Below are positions 28,001 through 41,400 of a stretch of DNA of 64,000 nucleotides, piece by piece. Below the pieces are notes generated by a model. That model did not search any database, had not been told where the DNA came from, and saw nothing but the letters and a program-made list of their open reading frames with translations. The stretch's first letter is position 1; each line of letters opens with the position of its first letter. The position numbers were made by a program, and so were the translations under genes. Location of the stretch: the NCBI GenBank assembly GCA_038087875.1, contig CM075992.1, positions 4,528,001-4,592,000 on the forward strand, written 5' to 3'. The stretch is from Malacoraja senta (taxonomy: Eukaryota).

Positions 28001-31000
28001 AATATAGTCCTACACACACTAGGAACAATTTATTTTTTACATTTACATCAAGCCAATTAACTTACAAACCTGTACATCTTTGGAGTGTGGGAAGAAACTG
28101 AAGATCTTGGAAAAAACCCACACAGGTCACGGAAAGAACGTACAAACTCCGTGCAGACAACACCCATAGTCGGGATCGAACCCGGGTCTCTGCTGCTGCA
28201 ATCGCTATAAGGCAGCAACTCTACCGCTGCGCCACTGTGCCGCCCTGTGTTAACTTGTGTTAAGTCATCTTGTTTTTCAGGTTTATTTTTAATTTAGGTT
28301 TTTAAATTGATTACTAGTAATTCAGATTTTAAGAAAGGTATGGTCTTTGACAACATTGGCAGACAGGATATGAATGAGCCACTTGCCAAGTAGATTTCTC
28401 TTTGTCTGCAGGGTAACTTGCTTTGGTTGCTCCTTCAGGCATTTTGTTTTGCATCTGAAATCCCTTCAACCACAGACCCTTACTGAAAATGATTAGACTG
28501 GCCTTCCAGCAATTTTTTTACAGTAAAGTAATTCTATATTTTCTTTTGAGTGTAGGCAATTCATTGGATCCGAATTTGATTCTGCAATTTGTGAAAGAAT
28601 AGGATAGAGCAGCAAATAAACAGAGAATCTATCTTACCTTCAGCACATCTGCACACATCACCTTCGCATATTTTACTTAGCATACCACTGTGTTCGGGGA
28701 CATTGTAAAATTTAGTGCAATTCTTTGCTGTAAAAAGAGGAAAAACTATGTGACTACAACAAAGTTCTGATTTCATGAAAATATCTTCAGTTTTGTATTA
28801 ACTCAAACATGTGTATAAAAATTCTCTCTTGATCAGAAAAAAAACCCAAAACTAATTTTAGTAATGAATAAATTCAAATCCTTGCTGAGCATTTACTTAT
28901 GTTAGATAGGTTAATGTTAATACATGTGCAATGAGTTGCATTGAAATTTTACCCTTAATTTGAAAATCTTTTGATGTCAGAATAATTTAGCATTTGTTCT
29001 TTTTTGGAAGAAAGCTATTATATACAATATTTTTAAATTTCCCAATCCATTGTTAACAAATCTATTTTGTTTTTTGTTGTTTCTACCCCCTAAAGAAATC
29101 AAACTAAATTAATAAGACATCCTTCTGAGTGCTCACTTGTATCATAATATGAATATATCTTGACAGCAGCTGGTTGAATGAGTCCAACGTTGTAGAATTG
29201 GTGCACTTTAAACGCAACGCAGCTTTCTTCGAGATTTGACACCTGCGAGACAATGTTATGATTCATGTGTCAGAACACGGTTGATCAGTTCCTGATTAGC
29301 TAAGAATTGTTCGGAAATCCATGCAGTATCCTAAATACATATTCCCTCCAGCACTGGTGCGTTATAGCTGTAGTGTTCCATCCACCAAATGAACCTCAGC
29401 ATCCTTGACAGTACATCCTAAACATGTGATTTTAAACATAGGAAAGACAAAGGTAGCAGATGCATGAGGACACCACTGGCTACATGCCTGTATTTCCTTT
29501 CAAGTTGCACATTGTGCTTTCTTGGTACCTATGCCTTGATTGCTATGTCTTGATCCCACTATCATCACTGGAAAATATTCTATTGACCAAAGTGACAATA
29601 CACACACTTGAAGCAGACAAGATTGATTATTTAAACTTTGAATTGAGGGTGTGGTAAAACGTTACACCCCACTCCTGTGCTCCACCACTGCCACAACTTA
29701 AACCCCATCCTGAGCACCAAAATCTCTCACCAGAAATTATTTTTAATCTTTTGAGACCAGGAAATGCAGTAGTGGACCCTCATCTATACAAGAGCAATTA
29801 AGGTTAGGAGGGGATGGGAAACAATTAAGAAGGCATGGTGGCGTAACGATAGCACTATTGTCTTACAGAGCCAGAGACCTGGGTTCGATGCTGACTACGG
29901 GTGCTGTCTGTACGGAGTTAGTACGTTCTCCCCGTGACCTGCGTGAGTTTTTCTCCGAGATCTACGGGTTCCTCCCACACTCCAAAGACGTACAGTTTTG
30001 GCTTGGTATAAATATAAATTGTCCCTAGTGTGTAGGATAACGTTAGAGTGTGGGGATCGCTGGTCTGTGCGGTCCCAGTGGGCCCAAGGGCTTGTTTCTG
30101 CGCTGTAAACTAAACAAAACTAAATCAGATGGTTATAATCACCCCGTTCTTATACTGTGGGTGAGCGAGACATGAAACAAATGCAGTTTACTGGCAGCAG
30201 TAATCTACTAGATATCACCAATCAGAAAATTATATCTGTTGCCATAAAATGACAGACCATAACTTCTTTATGAAGAGTATCTTCAAGAGTACTGAAAATA
30301 AGTATGCAGTTACAGCAGGCAGGGAAGAAAGCCAATGGCATGTTGGCCTTCATTGTGAGGGATTTGAGTTTAGAAGCAAGGAGGTCCTACTGCAGTTGTA
30401 CAGAGCCCTGGTGAGACCGTACCTGGAGTATTGTGTGCAGTTTTGGTCGCTTAATTTGAGAAAGGACATTATTGCTATTGAGGGAGTGAGCGTAGGTTCA
30501 CCAAGTTAATTCCCAGGATGGGGGGACTGACATATGAAAGAATGGGTCGACTGGGCTTGCATTCACTTGAATTTAGAAGGATGAGAGGGAATCTTATAGA
30601 AACATATAAAATTCTTAAGGATTGGATGGGCTAGATGCAGGAAAAATGTTCCCAATGTTGGGAAGTCCAGAACCGGGGCCACAGTGTAAGAATAATGGTT
30701 AGGCCCTTTATGACTTAAACGAGGAAAAACGTTTTCACCCAGAGAGTTGTGTATCTGTGGAATTCTCTGCTACAGAAGGCAGTGGAGGCCAATTCACTGG
30801 ATGTTTTCAGAGAGAGTTAGATTTAGGTCTTGGGACTAATGGAATCAAGGGATATAGGAAAAAGCATGAACGGGGTACTGATTTTGGATTCTGATTCAGC
30901 CATGATCATATTGAATGGCGGTGCTGGCTCGAAGGGCCGAATGACCTACTCCTGCACCTATTTTCTATATTTCTATCAGCTTAATAAACTCTGAGGACCA

Positions 31001-34000
31001 CTCGTGAGGCAGACATCCAAACTTTGAGAGGTTCTGAGTATTATCGATTACAAATGAGCTTTGATTTTGAACTACTCCAGTTATAGGGGTACTGTCTGTG
31101 CAGAGCTACTGATCACAGCACCAAACACCTGAGTTTGATCATCGGGTGCTGTCTGTGTCGATTTTCCTCCCACATCCCAAAACACATGCAGGTTTGTAGG
31201 TTATTTGGTTTCTGTAAATTGCCCTAGTATGTGGGATGAGAAGGTTGGATAACGTAGGTGTAAACGTCACCTACTCCAAAAATGCTGCCGACCTGCCAAG
31301 TTACTCCAGCACTTTATAGCAGCTTCTTGTTTTGCAGCCGTTTCAGCCTTGTGTGGGTGGTGCTGCTGCAGCTTTTAACACATTTACACTATGGGCCGGG
31401 AAAGCATAGCAACAGTTCTTCTTCCTTCGAGTACTAATGAAATTTGGTATGGCTTCAAACTATTCTTACCAATTCCCACAGAGGCACCGATAAAAGCGTT
31501 ATCAGGATGCATGACAACAAGGTTTGGCAACTGCTCTGCCCAAGAAATCGCAGAGAGTTATGTATGTGGCCCATCAGGCAAACCAGCATCCCCTCCATTG
31601 ACTTCATCTACACTTCGTGCTATCTCGGTAAATAATTCAACATAATCAAAGACCACCTGCACTCTGGTCATTCTCTCTTCTCCCTTTTTCCATTGGATAG
31701 ACGGTTAAATAAAAACTTGAAAGCACGTAGCTTTAGGAACAGCTTGTTCACAACTGACCTCTCACAGCTACGTTTTTATTACTGATCTCACAACCTACCT
31801 CATTATGAGTGTCGAGTGGTGGCGCCATAAAGTGTGGCAGCCTTCCCTGCAGCTGTTCGTTCTTCACCCTTTTTTAAATTTTTAGTTTGTTAAAAAGTTT
31901 TGTTCTGGAGGCCTTTTAGTCTTTTTATGTGGGGATGTGGGGGATGGGGTAAGGGGGAAACCGTTTTTTCCAGTTCCTACCTGGGCGAGGATACGTCTGT
32001 CTGCCGAGCCGCATCTTCGCCTGCTCTGCGCAGCCTACCATTCGAATTGGTGCGGCCTTTCCTACCGGAGACCGGCCTGAGCTGCGAGCTGCAGCTTCAG
32101 CACCACAGTGGAGCGGGGCGATGACTTGCCCGGATCGCTCTGTGGAGCCCCGGAGTGCCGACTTCAACATCGTGGAGTTGTGGTCTGCGGAGCTTCCAGC
32201 CGCGGAGGCGCTGACTTTAAACACCACGGAGCCTGGGATCTTTCGCGGAGGTCGCCAGTGTTGGAGCTCCGCCCAGCGCGGCCTACGGACTTCGGGAGCT
32301 GCGGTCTCCGGTAAGAAGTGGCCGTTTCGGAATTCCAAGCCGCCTAGAGCGTTCTTCCGACGCTGGAGTACCATCAACCCGGCGAGAGGGCCTGAAATAT
32401 CGTGTGCCATAGCGGCGACTGTGAAGGCTACAATAGGCCCCACGGGTGAACATGGAGGAAGTGACTGAAGTTTGTTGCCTTCCATCACAGTGCGAAATGT
32501 TGATCCCGCTGTGAGGGGATGTTTTTTATGTTTAATGTTAAATTTTATAATATGTTTATTTTTATCCGTGTTGTAATGGCAACTCAAATTTCACTACACC
32601 AACTGATGTATGTGACAATAAATGTCCTTGTCCTTTGTCCTTTTGTATGACCCTTGTTCCTTTTCTCGGTAGCTGTAACACTATATCTTTCACTTTGATT
32701 ATTTTGAGCTTAATTGCACTCATCTATCATATCATCTAACTATTAAACCTACACCTCCACTCCCCCCTCTCCCCACACCCACACCCTCCCCCACTCTCTC
32801 CTCCCCCCCTCCCCCTCCCCTCCTCTCCCTACCGCTCTCCCCTGTGTGTGTGTGTAGGGGGTCGTTAGTGTGTGTGACACTGCAGACCCCCCCCCCCCCC
32901 ACCCCCCGTTCCCCCTTGGTCTAGTGACTATTAAAACTCTCTTCGTGCATTTGTTGCTTTGTTTGTTTTCAAGTCAGTCATATCTCTTCCAAAACCCGAC
33001 GCCGTAATGGAGAAATTTTTACATATTCCGGTAGAGATTTACCTAATGAATTCAAAAATCTCATCTGAAAATTTGGTTAATTATTTCCCGAGTTTTTAAA
33101 CTAAAATCGTTTAAAAATATAACTGCTACATGACGTCACAATGCCTTTGATTCTCGCGACCAGCAGCGCAGATTTTCAATGCGCAGCCTGTTACGTGGGT
33201 TGAAGCCCGTGATCAGGTCGTCCAGCGCTCTCCGCTTGGCTTCATGAAGTTCATCAACATGGCAGCGGCGGTTGTTATTGCAGCGCCGCCGCAGACAAGC
33301 GCAGTTGAAAAGTCCCCGTCGTGCCCGTTACAGGGGACGACATCCTCTCCGTCTCCCCCACCCGATCGTCTGTCCGGCCTGCTGCGCTATGTTCCACGCA
33401 CAGCGAGTGAAGCCACGCTCCCTGCCCGGCCTACTTCCTCCAGCAGCTAACCGCTCCTCCCCGCTGCGAACCGCTCCTCCCCGCTGCGAACCGCTCCTCC
33501 CCGCTGCTAACTGCTCCTCCCCGCTGCTACCTGCTCCTACCCTGCTCCTCCCCCCCCCCCACCCCACCCCACCGCTTCGGGTTTCCTGAGAGATGCCGAG
33601 AGTTAGGCCCTGTACTAGAGCTCTCTCTCTCTTTTTTCACAGCCCAATCCTTCCTCTTCCTCCCCCCTCCCTCTCCCCTCCCTCTCTCCCCCTCTCCTCC
33701 CTTCTACCTCCCTCCCCTTCCCTACTCCCCCCCTCTCTTCCCACCTCTCCTCCCGCCCTCTCTTCACCCACACCACCCTCCTCCCATTCCCCCTCCCTGT
33801 CCCACCCCCTCCCCCTCTGCCCCCCTCCCCCTCTCCCTCTAACCCCGCTCACCCTCCCTCCTGTGTGTGTGGGGGGCTGTTAATTGTCTGTTTGACACCA
33901 CAGCCCCCCCCCCCTCCGCAACTGCGCGTTGGGGGGACGGGACCCAATGGGTCCCCTTGGTCTAGTATATATTAAAACTCTGGATGTTTACTTGTTTGTG

Positions 34001-37000
34001 ATCTTGCTTTCAAACTTGAACTTTTTGTTTGATTCACATCTCCTCGACGCGGTAACAGTGCCATTTTTACATATTCTGGTAGAGCTTTACCTCGTGATTT
34101 AAAAAATCCCCTCATCTGAAAATTTGGTTAATTATTTCTAGTTTTTTACTAAAATTGTTCACCAATCTGACATTTTCAAATCTAACAGCTGGATGACATC
34201 ACAATGCCTTTGCTCCTTGCAGCTAGCTGCGCATAATTTTCAATGCGCAGTCATGAGCTCCGAGTTACGTGCCCAGTCGCCCTCCCTACCACGCCCCCCC
34301 ACCCCCGGCTCTGGATTTAAGCCTTTGAACACGTGATCTAGTCGTGCTGCACGCTCCGCTGGGCTTCTTGAAGTTCAACAACATGGCGGTGGTGGTCGTT
34401 ATCGCAGCACGGCCGCAGCTAAGCACAGTTGAAAAGTGGCCGTCGGCCCATCACAGAGGACGACCTGCTCTCTGTCTCCCCGCCCGATCGTGTGTAACGC
34501 TGGTGAGTGCGCTTACCCTCGCGGAAGCCACGATCGGCCGGCCCTCCGCTGTTTTCAGCGTCCTCAGAGCGCTCCGGGCCTCGCTCTGGTCCATGACAGC
34601 TGCAGCCTAGCTCAGGCCCGGCGCCTGATGGGGAGGCTTGTGCTCTGTGACTTGGGTAGGTCCTGCCTCTACCCCCTCCCCTCTACCCCCTCCCCGGTGC
34701 AGAGAAAGAGAGAGAGGGGAGTGTGAGAGAGGGGGAAGGAGAAGGAGGAGATGGATGGGGGATGGGGAGGGGGGGTGGGTGGAGAGGGGGGATGGAAAGA
34801 GGGGGAGGAGAGGGGGGGAATGGAGAGGGTGGAGGAGAAGGTGGGGGGATGGAGAGTGGGGCAGAGGGCCCTTCCTCTCTGCCCCCCCACTCTGCCCCCT
34901 CCATCTCTGCCCCCTCCATCTCTGACCCCCTCCATCTCTGCCCCCCTCTTCCTCTCCACCCCCCTTCCTCTCTGCCCCTCCCTACCTCTCGGAACCTCCC
35001 TCCCTCTCTGACCCTCCCTCTCTGACCCCCCTCCCTCTCTAGATAATCCCCCATTTCCCCCCCCTTCCCTCCACCCTCTCCCTCCACCCTCCTCCTCCAC
35101 CTCACCCCTCCCCCTCCCTCCCTTGCCCCCTCTCCCCTACTCACCCCCTCCCACATCCACCTCCCTCCCTCCCTTGCCCCCTCTCCTACTCTCCCCCGTC
35201 CCCTCCTCCAGCCCATCCTTCTCCCCTCCACCTCAACTCGCCCCTCCTCCTCCCCTCCCCCCTCAACTCCCTCCCTCTCCCCTCTCCCCCCACACTGCCC
35301 CATTCCTCCCCTCCCCTCCCTCTCCCCCTCCCCCCTCATCTATCTCCCTCTGCCCCCTCCACCACTCCCCTCCTCGCCCCCCTCCACCACTCCTCTCTCT
35401 TCCCCCTCCCCTTCCCTCTCACTCTCATCCCCCTGTGTGTGTGGGGGGTGGTTAGTGTGTGTGACGCCGCAGGCCCCCCACCGCAACTGCGCGTTGGTCT
35501 AGTGTACAATACAATTTGACTGAATAGCACACAATGTTTTCACTCTTAATACCCGTAACAATAATAAACCAATACCAGGAATTTGTTATTTATTGTGCAA
35601 GACCTTGTGTTTGGCTTTAACCAATCAAGAACCAGCTTTAATTGTGCCTCAGTGGGTAACATTTCATCTTTCACCTTGAAGCCAGAGGCTTAAGAGCCAG
35701 GCTGAAGAGCATCCCTTAAGACTCAAGTTCTGAGGAAGTGCTGTCATCATGGAGTGCGCTGCTTTTTCAGGCAAGGTGTTAAACCGAGCAATGAAAGCTC
35801 TCATGGAAGATCTGATTGAAGAGCTAACGCTATTTCCTGATTATGATCAGGATTCCCCACCACAAAAACAGAAAACGCTCATAATGTTTGTGGGAGCGTT
35901 CTAAGCACAAAGTTTGTCAGCAGAACATTACAATTAAAAAATAAAGCTCGTTGGGAGGTATTTTTCTCATAATTATCAAAATATAAGAATCTCTTACCTT
36001 CTCTAAATAAATGATCAGTGATCCTGCAGTAGACAATGCCTTGTCTACTTCAAATCTTGATATATACGTCTCAATTCCATTTTAAGCTGGAAGGATGATA
36101 GAATATTTGTTTTTAATGCATGGTTTGTAAAAAAAAGTTCAATGTGGAAATAGTAATCTGATGTAAATATAAATCCATTATGTGTTTTAAAAGTCTCAAA
36201 CCCACTTGGTGGTAGTAGCAGAGTTCAGGAGGCAGCTGAGCAAAAGGCTCAGAAGAAGAGGAGTACAATTAGGTTGGATTCAACTTGAATTGGGAGTAGC
36301 AATGGAACTGAAGGGTGGGAAAAGTACCAGTGTGGTGAAAGTGAGGGGGACAAGGTTCGCAGCAGCGGTGAGAATCAGTAGGTAAACATTTTGGTTCACA
36401 TTCTTTGAACATCTCTTCCAAATTAACATTTCAGTGAAAGGTTCTCCCTGACCCGATTAACTGTGTGCATTGTTTGATTTAAACTGAGATGACATTGTTC
36501 AATCAATCAAGTAACCTGGAGTATTAAAAAACAAGGAACTGCAGATGCTGGTTTTACAAAAAATAAACAAAAAGCACTGGAGTAACCCTTCGGGACCCAA
36601 CCCAAAACATCACCTATCCATGTTCACCAGAGATGCTGCCTGACCCGCTGAATTGCTCTAGCACTTTGTGTCTTTTTCTAATCCAGAATAATATGCAGAC
36701 ATGGTTCACAGTTGTTAGGTTATGGTTATTGCCCCATGTCGAATGTCTCAATATCATTAGAACACATCCCTTTTGTATCCTTAGTTGGAGATACAAGAAC
36801 ATTTCCTCAATATAAATTGAAGTCATTCTTAATAAATTAAAACACAACATACTTGATTCAGATCAGGGATATCTGGAGTGAATCCAGTTAACATGGAAAC
36901 ATCTAAAATAACCATTGAGGTGTTTGTTGCACCAAGGTAGCTGTAAAGGACAAATTAAAATAGATTAATAACAAGACAGATCTCGGGACTTAACAACAAG

Positions 37001-38383
37001 AGAAGGCAGTGAGCCAAATGAAGGCGTTTCCAGTATAGATACTCTCAGCAAGAGCACTTCCAGTGATGAGTACTTCTTAATTAGTGGCATACTCAGCAGA
37101 AAACACCAGTGTTGCACAGATTGCTCTGATATATCTTGTGAAATTTAGTTTACAAATTTGTATACAAATTAGATCAATCATTCGGCACTGTTCCATTCTG
37201 TGGATTTACGTGGTGGAGACTACCATATTCTGTAACGTTGACTTCAATTTGTACAATGCGTGGAGGTTCTCAGACTTAGAGAAGACTACAGAAGCATCCT
37301 CCTGCCAATGGGATCAGTGGATACATTGGAGACCCTCGGACTATATTTAATCCAGACTTTACTGGAGTTTATCTTGCACTAAATGCTATTCCCTTTATCC
37401 TGTATCTGTACATATAGCTTGATTGTATTCATGTAGTATCTTTCCGCTGACTGGACAGCACACAATAAAAACATTTTTCACTGTACCTCGGTACACGGGA
37501 CGCTAAACTAAATTAAGTACCATCTTGTTCTCCAACACCAGCGTATAACCCACTGTCCAGGCGTGTGTAGTCTCCCAGAAGTAGTGTAACTTACTGACCC
37601 TGATGACATTTCTCTTTATCTGAAGGTAAAAGCTGAATTCCTTTCCCTTGCCACCTCCATGTAGTTAGAATGTGTGTTGCTGCTGTGTGTCAGGGACATG
37701 CTCACAATGGCTAATGTCATCTGACTGCAGCAGAGCAAAGAGGAGATTGGCACTGAAATGAGAGAGGTTCCATGCACAAGACCTGCTTTCGGCTTTGTGT
37801 CTGGATGTAAACCTTACTGACACTTTTACGGTTGGTATTTTTCTTTGTGGGAAATTCAGTTTGGTGTTCATGGAAAAACACTTGTTTGAACTCGGAAAGA
37901 GACATCTAATGCATTTTCAATTGTTTGGAACTTGCTTCTGCAAATAACAAACAATGTTTAGTCAATAGTTTTAAATTTGTGAATAATTGTTTTTTGTTAA
38001 CTGAGGTCACAGAGAGATTTGAAGAAAAGACAAGGAAATGAAATAAGATCACAAATCAATTATGATCTGACAGTAATGCAACAGGCTTGAGGGGCTAATT
38101 CGACTCTTGAGATAGGCAATGTTTCTAATGGTTTCTCTAAATCAAAATTCCTGCTTGATTACACATCACAAACATTAAGCTCATTATGATCTGAGCTACT
38201 TACCGTGCGCAGATTTTTAGCAGGAGTGTATTTAGAGCACCTTCAGGTCGCTGAACTAGAAATATGCAAAACAAGGTAAATTACTGTAATCCCATATACT
38301 TCGATTCCTAATTGTAACTTTAACATAAATAAGTGTAATTTTTCATGAGATTTAAGTAGTTGTTAAAATTACTTTCTGTGCTC

Positions 38384-38434
<51 letters not shown>

Positions 38435-41400
38435 GGCCCCTGCGCAAGGATGACACGCAAATTCGTGAAGCGTTCCATATTTTTAAAAAAAGAAAAAAAA
38501 AAAAAATATATTACTTTCTGAAGCATTATAGGCAGCACAGTGGCGCAGTGGTAGAGTTGCTGCCTTACAGCGCCAGAGACTCTGGTTCAATCTTGCCTAT
38601 GGGTGCTGTCTGTATGGAGTTTGTACGTTCTCCCGGTGACTGCGTGGGTTTTCTCCGAGTGCTCCTGTTTCCTCCTGCGCTCCAAAGACGTACAGGTTTG
38701 TAGGGTTAATTGGCTTCGGAAAATTGTAATTATCCCCAGTGTGTAGGATAGTGCAAGGTGATCACTGGTCTGCATGGATTCAGTGGACCGATGGGCCCAT
38801 TTCAACTCTGTATCCCTAAAGTCTAAAGACAAAGTAGCTGCTGTAATGTAATAGCCATCTGGACAGAGCAAGACTTCAGCCTATCATAGGTGCAGCTTTT
38901 GAGGGAAAAGTATTGACCATGATACCTAAAGGGCTTGTCCCACTTAGGTGATTTTTCAGCGGACTGCTGGCGACTGTCAATTCGCCGGCAGTCGCCTGAA
39001 AAATCGGGAACTGGAACGGCGACTGTCAGAGTGGAACACACAGACACATCGCAAAGGCATGGGCCAGGGCAAGCGGGGGGGGACGCTGTCTGAAATTCAC
39101 ACGGTGCAAAGCCATGGTAATACAGACACACACCGCGATGAACAGAAAGGTTAAGACAGCTAGCACAGTGTATGGTAAGTCCTTTAAAAGATGGGGAGGG
39201 GGGAGAAAGGGGGAGAAGGAGTGGAGACACTTTTAAGAAGCCAGACAACTTTTAATAAGACAGAGATACACAGCTGTGAAGTTCGGCGGGCATTTAACAT
39301 TATCGGTTGGTTTTCCTTGCTTCGGAAAACTCGTGCTTACGTTTTTTTTCCCCCCAATGAGCCAATGAAAATGACCGGTCAGCAAAGGCGATTAACCCAA
39401 ACTACCTCGAGTACCTATAACTACATGGCGACCCCACTACAACTGCATCTACGACTACAGGATTATCAATTTTCTCCAAGGCGACCAAATATTTGGTCGC
39501 AGAACATTTTTCAACATGTTGAAAAATTTGCGGCGACCATACTGAGGCCGCGACTAGTTCCCCTAATGCGGGAACTCCTCGCGACCATGAAGGAGACTCA
39601 CCAGAGACCACTAGCGAACATGTGGCGATCATGTGGCGAGCGCAGAGTCTCCTGCACTCGCCTACAAAGTCGCCAAAGTGGACAGGCCCAAAAGAATACC
39701 ATTCACCTGAAAGCTCAGACAAAACGTTCATTCATATCTGATTGACAAAATATCACCTCCATTAGTGCAGCATTCTCTCAGTGTTACACTATTGAACGAT
39801 GTGGAACTGGACCATGTGGTTATATATCTGGAGTACAATCTAAATCCATGACTTTTTTGGAAGCTTTATCAACAGAGTCAAGTGGGTTTTTTTTTGCTGT
39901 CAACTTTTAACCTCATACCTTGATCCCACTTCAATGGCTATTTGTCTGATGCCTGTATCAGTGAAAAGAGTCAAATTGCTGTGGAACGATTTCTCTGGTC
40001 AATTCAACTTTTCAACCTAATTCAATATCTGCAAAATTGTTTCAGATGTGGAATTAATACAATGAAAAATGAGACAATTCCTTGAGCTCAGATGCTCATC
40101 ATATCGAGTCTGACACGAGTTCCTTTCCTGATCCTATGCCCTGCTCGAACTATTCCAACTTTAAAAACATCCTGAAGCATCCATTGGCTTGAATAAATGT
40201 ACAACAGAAAGGGGCCATTTGGCCTTTTGCATCCACATTAACCAAAAGCATACAAGATTAATCACATTTTTCAGATGTTTAGGGCTCAAATGCTCGACCA
40301 GCTATTTAAAAAAAAAGTGGCAATAGTTTCTCCATTTACCATCTTTTGAGGCAGCCAATTCCAGACCCCCACCGCTGATGATATCAATATAATTTTTCTC
40401 AACTTCCCTCTCATCTTTATTTCCATTTTTGATAATCTCTATCATTACTCCTGCTTGATATCAACTTTCCTGCAATGTTAATTTCCTTGGAAAAACCTTG
40501 CAGTATTTAAAGTGACATGCATGAAGATAAGCCTTAACTGCTGCAAAGTCTAATAACACAAAGAATCGGAAATAAAAATGACCCTTCGATGGAAGATTGG
40601 CAAATTATTACAGACTCACTGCTGGTACATATTACTGTGTTACTTCATCACACTCCTGAATTAAAAGCAAGGCAGCTATTTCCTGCTGCTAAGTTAACAT
40701 CTTTTTTTTGGGTCATCAAGACCCTGGTTGTCTGACAGACATGTAGAGGGACTGACAGACGAATAGTTATGAAGCTGGGAGAGAGAGAAATGGGGGATTC
40801 ACAAGCAAGATAGAGTAGAGATGGTTCTAGAGTGAAAAGGATATGGTGAGATCTTATTTAACTTTTCTTGACAAAGTACAAGAATTTCAACTATGAATCT
40901 TGTTTTTTTAGCTTGTATTTCAGCGTTTGCTGTGGACCAACTAGTACAGAGTAGCTAATTATTAAGAAATAAAGCTCCCATTGTATTGCTCACCTTTCTC
41001 AATATTTTCAACAGTTATTTTCAAATTGAAATTCTTACATTCCTTTTTATCCTTGGGCAACATTGCATAGTAAGTTCCCAAAACCTATATAATAGAAATA
41101 AAGTTAGAGGTTACCTGTCAGGAGTCAAGAGTCAAGAGTCAAGAATGTTTTATTGTCATATGTCCCAGATAGAACAATGAAATTCTTATTTGCTGCAGAA
41201 CAGAATATGTAAACATAGCACACTGTAAACAATATAATAAACAAGAGTTCAGTGTATATATACACATATACTCACAAGTACACACACACATATATATAAT
41301 ACTAGATTAAGTGGGACCCGTTGGGTCCTATGTTCACATGGGAGGGCTGGTCCCTCGACACAATATTCCACCTCTCCACCAATTCCAATATTGGTGGCCA

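Noticed and set aside
34638..35530. Pro-rich and Gly/Glu-rich ORFs (also 2427-2987, 5004-5612 and 33593-33883)
   Set aside because: Polypurine/polypyrimidine low-complexity tracts inside Helitron-like elements
38378..38484. Functional U6 gene
   Set aside because: Poly(A) tail, TSD and no evident upstream PSE/TATA indicate a retrocopy
38531..38600. tRNA gene
   Set aside because: tRNA-like head continues into the SINE core and tail; multiple diverged copies in the window
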